The notes below the pieces were generated by a model that worked only from the letters and a program-made list of their open reading frames with translations, was not told the DNA's origin and made no database searches. Positions 55,963-64,000 of a DNA stretch of 64,000 nt are shown piece by piece. Numbering within the stretch: position 1 is the stretch's first letter; every line of letters begins with the position of its first letter. The DNA is taken from IMG/VR virus record IMGVR_UViG_3300014205_000177, positions 113,805 through 177,804 of that record; one strand, given 5' to 3'. The DNA comes from a virus (Duplodnaviria; Caudoviricetes). Position numbers and translations under genes: made by a program.

Positions 55963-56501
55963 TATAATGTTATTCCTTTATTATTACAAATCTTAACTAA
56001 ATGAAGAGCCTGTCCAATGGAATCATCTAATGCATTATGTTTTACACCATAACTTGCAAAAGGAATATCTGAAAACATCTCTCTCATAGTTTTATAACAC
56101 CTCTCTCTTCTATAATTCCAGGGAATCTTAATTCCAGAACGCTCATAAGCACTTTCAAGTATAACCAAATCAAAAGTAGCCCCATTCCCCCACACGCATA
56201 AATCTTCACAACCTATCCAACGTGAAAATTCTATAAGCGCAAACTTTATATTGTACTTAATTTGTTCTTTAAATACACTCTTGGCATCTTCACTTTGTTC
56301 CATCCACCAAATAACAGTACTTGCATCCATAATGCCACCTTCATCTACAGAGCTGTTTAAATCAACGCTACAGTAAAATGATGACCTTCTGTTATCATTA
56401 TATACAATACCGTCTTTGTTAAATTCTACAGCACCTATAGCGACTATAGGAGCATTGTTGTTTTTACCCATAGTTTCCAAATCAATCATTACGTGTTTCA
56501 T
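55962..56501 (-). CDS. DEDDh 3'-5' exoribonuclease (DUF5051/RNase AS-like)
   Basis: MIDLETMG...WGNGATFD...HNALDD. Confidence 0.88.
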   Translation of the reverse strand: MKHVMIDLETMGKNNNAPIVAIGAVEFNKDGIVYNDNRRSSFYCSVDLNSSVDEGGIMDASTVIWWMEQSEDAKSVFKEQIKYNIKFALIEFSRWIGCEDLCVWGNGATFDLVILESAYERSGIKIPWNYRRERCYKTMREMFSDIPFASYGVKHNALDDSIGQALHLVKICNNKGITL

Positions 56502-56571
56502 GATTTAATACTCCTTTTTTGTAATTTTATAAAATGTCAGTTACGGAAACATCCGTAACTTAAATCAATAA

Positions 56572-57099
56572 TTAAACAGATTTTACAAGATAATCCTTGT
56601 AACACTCAGATATACCATTCAAAACCTGCAACTCCTGTGAACCAAAACCATGACGAACTATAATGTCATGAAAACCCCACATTACTACATCATGCTTCTT
56701 TAATTTTAACTTTACCTTACTAGATTCATCAGAAATAGTAACAACCTCTCCAGTCTTTGGATTCTTTACTATATACAAATGATATAACTCATGGTCTAAT
56801 AAAGCATTCTTCTCTTCCAATGATAATCTTTGCCAAATGTTCAAATCTAATACTATCTTAGCATCAAAACTGTCTGTCATACGATTTAAATCAGATATCA
56901 AACTAATCTTACCACTGCAAGTCCTACCATCTTTCTTTAAACACGCTTCGTTTTGTACCTCCCCATCCTTGTCAACCTTTACTACATAAAATAACCCTAC
57001 ATTAACTCCGTTCTCTATCAACTCCGGATAATTAGAACTCATTAACCCGTTCATCAACTCTACGTCTTCTGCATTCCCTACAATGTAATTCTTTGACAT
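56572..57099 (-). CDS. Putative phage metallopeptidase
   Basis: ALLDHELYH (HExxH)...KHD...F..IVRHG. Confidence 0.75.
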   Translation of the reverse strand: MSKNYIVGNAEDVELMNGLMSSNYPELIENGVNVGLFYVVKVDKDGEVQNEACLKKDGRTCSGKISLISDLNRMTDSFDAKIVLDLNIWQRLSLEEKNALLDHELYHLYIVKNPKTGEVVTISDESSKVKLKLKKHDVVMWGFHDIIVRHGFGSQELQVLNGISECYKDYLVKSV

Positions 57100-57422
57100 C
57101 TTTTATGTCTCCTTTTTGTTAAAGTTAATATAAATATAGCACACTTTATCATTTTTTCAAGCCTATGAATACTGTTCATTTTATATTTTATACCTCCCCC
57201 CAATTTTTTGACCTCAACTATATTGTGAATGCCGTTCAGTCATAGAAAATAGTCACTTACGATGAGTGTACCACCCCATAGGGTGTTAGTTTGAGGGTAA
57301 ACAGGCTGATTTTAGAAGGCGGTGGGTGGTGGGTTCGGTTTAAATCATATTGTCAAAGGAATGATGAATTGATAAAAATAGTTTTTATTAGTTCTAGTTC
57401 TAAAAATAAAAGGGATTTTAAA

Positions 57423-57806
57423 ATGAGTAAAGTGCAAAAAGCCGCAATGAGTGAAGTCGTAGAAAACAACAACGTTTTGACTTTCGGTGAAGTCAAAGAG
57501 AATTATCTCACGTTGGAACGTAATGGGAAATACTGTGGTAACATCAAAAGAACGTCCAAAGGCGGTTTTGTAATCAAGTCAAACACCGGCGTGTTTTATG
57601 ATTCCGACCTCGAAAATATCAAGCTCGCTATTGTTGAAGCTGATGAAAAATTGCCAGCTCTGCAAGTCGCCGCAAGTTCAGGACGTGGAACTGCAAGCAA
57701 ATTAGCGGTTAATCCAGTTGACACCTTGAAGATGAAATTCGTAAACGGCGAGATTACAGCCGAAGACTTTCAAGCGAAAATGGAAATTTTGAAATCAGTC
57801 GGATAA
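57423..57806 (+). CDS. Hypothetical protein with SHOCT-like C-terminus
   Basis: LKMKFVNGEITAEDFQAKMEIL. Confidence 0.65.
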   Translation: MSKVQKAAMSEVVENNNVLTFGEVKENYLTLERNGKYCGNIKRTSKGGFVIKSNTGVFYDSDLENIKLAIVEADEKLPALQVAASSGRGTASKLAVNPVDTLKMKFVNGEITAEDFQAKMEILKSVG

Positions 57807-57811
57807 CCGGC

Positions 57812-57836
57812 AAGGGGGGAAAACCCCCCTTTTTTA
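57812..57836 (+). terminator. Intrinsic terminator
   Basis: GGGGGG-AAAA-CCCCCC plus T-run. Confidence 0.8.
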
Positions 57837-58136
57837 TTACCTAGTGGTTATAGTGGTTATTATGAAAAAAGATAATAGCTGCGAGATAAAAATCCCCACT
57901 AAATGTTAGTAATTTCTGGATAGGACAAAATTAAATTTGTATTATACAGAGATTATTGGTTCTAACGGTTTTATAGACTACACCGTAAAAAAGTAGTGAA
58001 AATAAAGGATAGGGTATCATGAAAAAGAAATTATGGAATTTTCTAGTTGAGGCAATAGCCTATACAACAATAATGAGTATGGTTTTTTTATTTCTTGTAG
58101 CAATATATTGGCTTGCTTACATAAAGGGATTCTAAA

Positions 58137-58448
58137 ATGAATAAACTTTTAGTCGCAGTTTCCTTTAATGAGGAATTGTCCGAAGAAAATATTAACCTAC
58201 TTAAAAAATGTTTAGGAGGAAATGATATTGAAGTTTCGATTGTTATTCCAAAATGGAGTACAACCAACAATGTAACAAGGGATTTCAACTGCAACATCAA
58301 CAACTGGAAAAGATTTGAAGATTATGACGTAGTAGTCTTTAGAAATATGCCAGTCGTTGCTATTGAATCAATGCGGCATTGTTCACAAGTGGTAGTAGAT
58401 TCGGTAATTGATGATAACGGGCAAATAGTCCGATTCGTTGTTAAATAA
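58137..58448 (+). CDS. Hypothetical protein
   Basis: 103 aa ORF. Confidence 0.65.
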   Translation: MNKLLVAVSFNEELSEENINLLKKCLGGNDIEVSIVIPKWSTTNNVTRDFNCNINNWKRFEDYDVVVFRNMPVVAIESMRHCSQVVVDSVIDDNGQIVRFVVK

Positions 58449-58480
58449 AAGAGCTACAATAGTAGCGAAAGGTGGTAAAG

Positions 58481-58774
58481 ATGAGTATTTATAGCGAGGC
58501 GAAAAGTTTGTCAGGTGCAAGAGGTAATTTTAACCTCAAGAAAGAGGTTAAGAAAACTGAACCACGTTTTGCAAAATACACTTTGGAGCAGTTGTATACT
58601 GCCCAGAAGAACTTGCAAGATTTGGGGACAGACGGAGAATATTCGTTGTCCATAAGGATGTTGAAAGCTATCGAGAGAGAACTTCATTATCGTAAGTCAG
58701 TTGGTGAAAACCTTAAAGAGGCTCAACGCAATGTTGGGTTGGTTAATTTAAGTGCCGTTTTCGGGGGATTATAA
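58481..58774 (+). CDS. Hypothetical protein
   Basis: ORF with GGTGG RBS. Confidence 0.65.
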   Translation: MSIYSEAKSLSGARGNFNLKKEVKKTEPRFAKYTLEQLYTAQKNLQDLGTDGEYSLSIRMLKAIERELHYRKSVGENLKEAQRNVGLVNLSAVFGGL

Positions 58775-58844
58775 AAGTCATAACTTCTAACATGTTTCCA
58801 AGTACTTATAACAAATAAAGGTCCTATTGGACAGGAGAAAGAAA

Positions 58845-59417
58845 ATGAGTAGATTGTTTAAAGCTGTAAGAGAAATTCGCAATTCGCAAATCACGAAAAC
58901 ATCTAAAGTCCAAGATGACTTGTTCGGTGATATTAACGACGGTTTGTTCAGTGATATTCAAGCCTTGAGTCCTGAACAGGTTGAAATTATCGGACTTCGT
59001 GCAAAAAACAAATTCCTGCAAGTTCAAAATAAACGTCAAGCTGAATTGATTGCCATTGCAGAAGTTGAAATACCTAAACAGGCAATACAGTTGAACGAAG
59101 TAATTGATACAAACAAAAAATTGACAAGACGTTTGAACTCAGTGCCTGTGCTTTTTGAAGCATTGTCCAATTCAAACCGGACATTGAAAGGCTGGTGTAC
59201 AAAATACCGTAATTACATCAATCAGGAAAGTGAAGCTGAAGCATATATCAAACATCTGGAAGAGCAAGAGCTCAAAAGAACCGGTTCTATTCCGTTTCCA
59301 ACTGGTGAAACTATTACTGGATTGGATATGGCGGCGAGTATTTCGGAATGCAGAGCTGACAAGCTCGAAAGACTTAATGCGAAACGGCTGTTAAAAGCAG
59401 TTGTTAACGCAAAATAA
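58845..59417 (+). CDS. Coiled-coil hypothetical protein
   Basis: AGGAG RBS. Confidence 0.7.
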   Translation: MSRLFKAVREIRNSQITKTSKVQDDLFGDINDGLFSDIQALSPEQVEIIGLRAKNKFLQVQNKRQAELIAIAEVEIPKQAIQLNEVIDTNKKLTRRLNSVPVLFEALSNSNRTLKGWCTKYRNYINQESEAEAYIKHLEEQELKRTGSIPFPTGETITGLDMAASISECRADKLERLNAKRLLKAVVNAK

Positions 59418-59813
59418 CTTTGGGGTGTGAGCAATTGCTCTATATTATCATCCCTAACTGTGGAAAACAAGGCAAAACCCCGTGTTTTCTAGCATAATGA
59501 ACAGTGTTTACCGGTTTATTTGCTGTATATTGTCATACATTTAGTTTATAAGTGCAAGAAAAACGACAAAAATATAGCAAATCATTAATTGCATAATGAA
59601 AATCGGTTTAATCTCATTGTTCAATAAGGGGTTTTAATAGTGGTAATTCCACTAGACCACAATATATGGTATAGGACACTTCAAAAATAAGACGAAACCC
59701 CGTGTTTTGGAAGCCATTTGATAAATGAACCGCTATATGTTGTGGTCTTTAATTTTGCTTTTGCCAAGCTTTTACTATAAAAGCGTAAAGATAAAACATA
59801 AAGGATAGAACAA

Positions 59814-60071
59814 ATGAAAGTTAAAGTAAACGAATTACTTGGAAAACCATTCTTAGAAAAAGCTATCTGTGAATATAACACTGATGAAGAGGATACTCTT
59901 CCTTCTATTGGTGACATACTAATCATAGGAGAATACAAGCCTAGTGTTGAATGGGAAAAAAACTTAGTACATACTGAGTTTGAGGTGGTACAACGTAAAT
60001 TCCAAATAATCGGCAATGCAAGTGGAAAGCTTTATCAGGGAAAACCAACGTTAATGGTAAAAAGATTGTAA
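59814..60071 (+). CDS. Hypothetical protein
   Basis: 85 aa; AAGGA RBS. Confidence 0.65.
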   Translation: MKVKVNELLGKPFLEKAICEYNTDEEDTLPSIGDILIIGEYKPSVEWEKNLVHTEFEVVQRKFQIIGNASGKLYQGKPTLMVKRL

Positions 60072-60254
60072 ATCACTTATAGTGAAAGGAGGTTATCTAT
60101 TTCCATTAAATGAACATTGAATTAATTTAAAAAGGTTAATAAAAGTATCCAGCAATTAAAGGTTTAAAAGTATAAGGGATTATTCATATTTCCCTATGAA
60201 TGGTATGAATTTACCAGTAATGTATTATATAGATAAATAGAAAGGATAGTTATT

Positions 60255-61268
60255 ATGGATTATGGTAAGCTTTGTTTAGTAGTAATAGACAAGTTTGGTA
60301 AGGGTGAGGAGTTAACTGATATTTGTTATGGTATCAGGCTTATTGTTCCATCAAACCCCCCTAGACTTTCGCCCCCCAGCTTTGAGGGGCAGTCTATTAA
60401 GACTGGGTTATTCGTTAGAGTTTCCATCTTTAAACGTAAGATGGCAGTGTTTGGCAGCAAGAACAACAACCCAGATACAGACGTAAGTAGTATGAACTAT
60501 ATACAACAAAAGCAGAACGAAGCAATGCGTAACGGCAATGCAGCACGTTTTGTTGAGTTGTCCAATATATTAGCTAATAAGCTGAACAACCCTAAAAAGA
60601 TAAAGTACACTGTTGAAAAGTTCATTGAACTAAAGTGTGTATGTTTGAAAGGTGATTGGACATGGTGCAATGAGTATGGTTTAGTTGACTTAACCGAAGA
60701 CCCTAAAAGCAGTAACACTCTTTATCCTGCTCCAGCTGATGTATTAAGGCTTGAAGATGCCAGTGATTTCCATAGAGGGTATTTCCAAATAAAGGATATT
60801 CCTGAAACTGAACATCGGGATATATTCTTTGAACAGTTCAAACCAACTGAAAAAGCCAAACGTCAAGAGCGTGGAATGGCTTTGGGCAATCTGTGGCAGT
60901 TGGTAAAACTGGATACAGTGAATGACCTTGAAGAAGACCCAAATGACCCTAATTATGTTGATGCAAAGAATGACTTTCCTGAACCTGAGTTTTTCACTGA
61001 TTTAATTGGTGAACATCCTGAAATGGCTTTTACCCAGATTGATGAATGTTATTCTGAGTTATTCAGCCAAAAAGCTGAAAAAGATGGGTTTTTCTCTTAC
61101 GGTTATATTATTGGAGCCGCTCAATTGGTAGCAGATGGTAAAGAACTTTTCGTAAACTGTGATTGTGGCAGAAGTGAAAAGGGCTGTCATTGTACATGGT
61201 TAAAGAATAAAATTACTGAAATTGCAAGAATTATCAAGTCAAAACAGTTAAATCAAAAAGGAATATAA
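60255..61268 (+). CDS. Hypothetical protein with C-terminal CxC...CH motif
   Basis: 337 aa; NCDCGRSEKGCHC resembles the DUF4326 C-terminus. Confidence 0.65.
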   Translation: MDYGKLCLVVIDKFGKGEELTDICYGIRLIVPSNPPRLSPPSFEGQSIKTGLFVRVSIFKRKMAVFGSKNNNPDTDVSSMNYIQQKQNEAMRNGNAARFVELSNILANKLNNPKKIKYTVEKFIELKCVCLKGDWTWCNEYGLVDLTEDPKSSNTLYPAPADVLRLEDASDFHRGYFQIKDIPETEHRDIFFEQFKPTEKAKRQERGMALGNLWQLVKLDTVNDLEEDPNDPNYVDAKNDFPEPEFFTDLIGEHPEMAFTQIDECYSELFSQKAEKDGFFSYGYIIGAAQLVADGKELFVNCDCGRSEKGCHCTWLKNKITEIARIIKSKQLNQKGI

Positions 61269-61270
61269 TT

Positions 61271-61732
61271 ATGAACAACAAATTTAAGCGTATCGGAAAA
61301 GAACTCGCATATATAATTTCAAAATTCGACAATATGTATCTTTCTCCAAATTGCTGTTTTAACGGCGAATGTAAGCCGACAGATGAAGACCTCGGCAAGC
61401 TCCTTATTGAGCCAGGTTCAAGAATCATGTTTTGTCCGAAGTGCCATAAAAAATATATCGTAACCCGAAAGGGAAACGAAAAAGAATTTCATAAAGTTGA
61501 AATTATGGAGTTCATTGAACCATCGGAAGTGCTTATTCATTCAAACCCAGTTTCTGAAGTTGCCGGTTCAAGTGGTAACTGTAAATCCTTTGAAGCAATG
61601 GCTGAAATTATTCACGAAAAAGAAACTCAAGAATCTTTCAAAAAGCACTTTATGTCCGGTTTTACTGACAGAGTATCTCATCTGTTTAATGCCTCAATCA
61701 AAAATCCGAGAATCTTAATCGGCAAGAACTGA
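61271..61732 (+). CDS. Hypothetical Zn-binding protein
   Basis: PNCC...CPKC. Confidence 0.65.
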   Translation: MNNKFKRIGKELAYIISKFDNMYLSPNCCFNGECKPTDEDLGKLLIEPGSRIMFCPKCHKKYIVTRKGNEKEFHKVEIMEFIEPSEVLIHSNPVSEVAGSSGNCKSFEAMAEIIHEKETQESFKKHFMSGFTDRVSHLFNASIKNPRILIGKN

Positions 61733-62052
61733 ACAACACGTTTTAATAAAGATAGTACAACAGAAAGGAATAATGAGATGAAGACACTGTATGGATTAGG
61801 ACAAAAATCGAATATCTTAAACAAAACAATGACGGGGCAAAGAACATCAAGGCGGAAACGCAATAAACATGCAAAAGAAAATGCAGAATTAATTAAAACT
61901 CTAACAAAACCTTGGTGGATTATTTAGCTGATTCAACTACAAAGGGGTGAGCAATTGCCCTTTTTAGTTTCTTTTTTATGTGTATATTGAAATAGTCTAA
62001 TAGCGGCGAACATTTTTATCCCATGAAATGTGAGTAAAATAGGAGGTGGCAA

Positions 62053-62271
62053 ATGATTAATTGTTGCGGATATTGCGGAAGAAGTAATATAGATATAATG
62101 GGAGCTGTTATAGTTACACTTCTTCTTTCACTTGCAGTCTTTGCGTTAATATTTTCAATAATATTTGGATATGGATACAAACAAGGTCAAATTGATGCCA
62201 TTAACGGCAATATAAAGTACCAATTAAAGAAATCAGAGAAACAGGAGTGGATACCGATTAAGGGAAAATAA
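62053..62271 (+). CDS. Small membrane protein
   Basis: TM helix then GYKQGQIDAING; AGGAGG RBS. Confidence 0.7.
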   Translation: MINCCGYCGRSNIDIMGAVIVTLLLSLAVFALIFSIIFGYGYKQGQIDAINGNIKYQLKKSEKQEWIPIKGK

Positions 62272-62372
62272 AATGTTTGTAAGAATAAGAGAAAAGATAG
62301 GTTAATTAAATTACCCTGCTTAACAGTGAAAGAGCATAATTAACATTATAAGAAATAAAAAAGGATAGTTAA

Positions 62373-62876
62373 ATGAGTATTAAATTAGAAAGTGGCGAAA
62401 TTTTTAGTCTTCATGATGATGATGGGGAAAAAAGAACCCCTTGTGGCTGGGTTTTACCAAAACATTCTTGCAATACAGATAGTGATTGTACGAAATGTCC
62501 ACTCATAAACAATGTAATACTAATGACAAGAGAAGAAGCGGTACATTATATTGCAAAACAAGGAGTAAAAATGAGAGTTTGTCCTGACTGCGGCGGAATA
62601 AAAAACAACCATGAAGCAAAATGTGCTGATTGCACAAAACTTGACTCGGTACAAATCAGACTTGTGACTCTTCAAAAATCACAAAGCTTAAGGAAAAAGA
62701 GTAATACAAACTCTTTTCTAAGAAATGTTAAAGGTTTTTCTCCTCCCGTTGCCAAAGAAATACAAAACCTCTGGAGAAGAGGAAATGCTATTCAGGCTAT
62801 TAAGATTTACAGAACCTTTACCAAAGAAGACCTTAAAACAGCAAAAGATACTTTAACTGAATTTTTTGGGAAATAA
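62373..62876 (+). CDS. Cys-rich protein with L7/L12 CTD-like C-terminus
   Basis: IQAIKIYRTFTKEDLKTAKDTL. Confidence 0.6.
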   Translation: MSIKLESGEIFSLHDDDGEKRTPCGWVLPKHSCNTDSDCTKCPLINNVILMTREEAVHYIAKQGVKMRVCPDCGGIKNNHEAKCADCTKLDSVQIRLVTLQKSQSLRKKSNTNSFLRNVKGFSPPVAKEIQNLWRRGNAIQAIKIYRTFTKEDLKTAKDTLTEFFGK

Positions 62877-63000
62877 GAAAGCTACTTAGTTCCCATTGGA
62901 AACCGGAATGGATTTAACCCTATCCTTTTCGGCGACATAAGGGGCATATGATTGCGGTTGGGTCTGGGGTTTGTCTTCAACTAATAAACATAGGAAAATA

Positions 63001-63327
63001 ATGAAAGATACAAAAGAATATATACCAGAATATTGGTCACATCAAAAGAAACGAGTGTTATTAACGTGTTTATTAATGGTTATATCTTGGTTGTTGGCTG
63101 TCGTATTTATTACATGGCTTATACTTATGCCTTATTGGGATTGTTATCCACTTGGAAATCCTACATTTTACGAAGCATGTACTAAATGTTGGAATGATTT
63201 AAAACCAGAATTAATTGGTTTTTGGATTACTTCAACTATACTGTGTTTATTTGGGGTATTAGCTAATGTGGCTGATTATATTACAGAAGTTGAAAATGCA
63301 AAAAATAGCAACAAAATGGGTTGGTAG
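63001..63327 (+). CDS. Two-TM membrane protein
   Basis: Two hydrophobic segments; AGGA RBS. Confidence 0.65.
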   Translation: MKDTKEYIPEYWSHQKKRVLLTCLLMVISWLLAVVFITWLILMPYWDCYPLGNPTFYEACTKCWNDLKPELIGFWITSTILCLFGVLANVADYITEVENAKNSNKMGW

Positions 63328-63382
63328 TTACAGTAAAACAAAATGATAAAAGAACTTAATTAAAAGTAAAGGAAAATTTAAA

Positions 63383-64000
63383 ATGAAAAAAATGCAATTC
63401 ACCCTCATTGAACTCCTCGTTGTAATTTCTATAATCGCAATTCTGGCAGGAATGTTGCTCCCTGCCTTGAACAAAGCAAGGGAGAAAGCCAGAGCAACAA
63501 CCTGTATGAATAACCTGAAACAAATGGGTCTGATTATCAATGACTACGCCAATGATAACAACGAGATGCTTCTCCAAAGGCATAACGATGGTATTAACTG
63601 GAGTGAAAGGTTGATACAATTCGGTTATGTCAAGAATCGTAATGTTCTGCTCTGCCATTCATGGGACCCGTTTAAGGATGACGGCGTTAGCAGTAGGACA
63701 TACGGTGGCAATGGTTCTGTATTTCTTGATGATACCAGCACTATCAAATGCTGGAAGCTCTCTGCCCTTGTCCAGAAAGTAAGGAATCAATCCAGCAAAG
63801 TACCATTGCTGATGGACAGCATTTTCTATGGTTCGGGTGCTGGCGGTTCAATGCTTAAACAAACCTATTATATCACCAGTGCGGAAGGAGCTGATGCCAG
63901 AGCGGTTCACTTGAGACATTCCGGATTTGCCAACATGCTGATGCTTGACAGTCATGTTTCAGCAGTGGACAAAAACAACGAAAACTGGGGAAAAGCTGAA
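63383..64000 (+). CDS. Type IV prepilin-like protein with H-X9-DG-like motif, partial
   Basis: Translated by hand: [47 protein letters not shown]...[16 protein letters not shown]; runs off the window. Confidence 0.88.
   Translation, partial: MKKMQFTLIELLVVISIIAILAGMLLPALNKAREKARATTCMNNLKQMGLIINDYANDNNEMLLQRHNDGINWSERLIQFGYVKNRNVLLCHSWDPFKDDGVSSRTYGGNGSVFLDDTSTIKCWKLSALVQKVRNQSSKVPLLMDSIFYGSGAGGSMLKQTYYITSAEGADARAVHLRHSGFANMLMLDSHVSAVDKNNENWGKAE

Noticed and set aside
63328-63658. Minus-strand ORFs at the right end
   Set aside because: Antisense to the prepilin-like gene

Overview
AT-rich segment of a large siphovirus-like bacteriophage; the type IV prepilin-like gene at the right edge suggests a Lentisphaerae/PVC host (inference). 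1-37431 (minus strand) is a virion morphogenesis operon: a giant tape-measure ORF of at least 5330 aa that the ORF track misses, tail and neck genes, HK97-type capsid, scaffold, protease, portal, an intein-containing large terminase and a sigma factor. An ACTAGT-repeat non-coding region marks the strand switch. 38.1-53 kb (plus strand) is a translation/RNA-maintenance island with about 31 tRNA genes in three arrays, a group I intron in tRNA-Leu(UAA), two homing endonucleases, a Pth2-like gene, a mini-tmRNA-like RNA, Ro60/TROVE with two Y RNAs and several unexplained structured RNAs. Main discovery: each tRNA array is preceded by a promoter, a 23-25 aa leader ORF and mutually exclusive antiterminator/terminator hairpins, and each leader's codons match the anticodons of its own array. 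This looks like a tRNA-depletion-sensing attenuation system. A fourth leader (ATG ATG TAG ... CCA TAA plus an RBS-masking hairpin) precedes the Pth2-like operon. All RNA structures were folded by eye and all protein calls come from motif recognition, not database searches.
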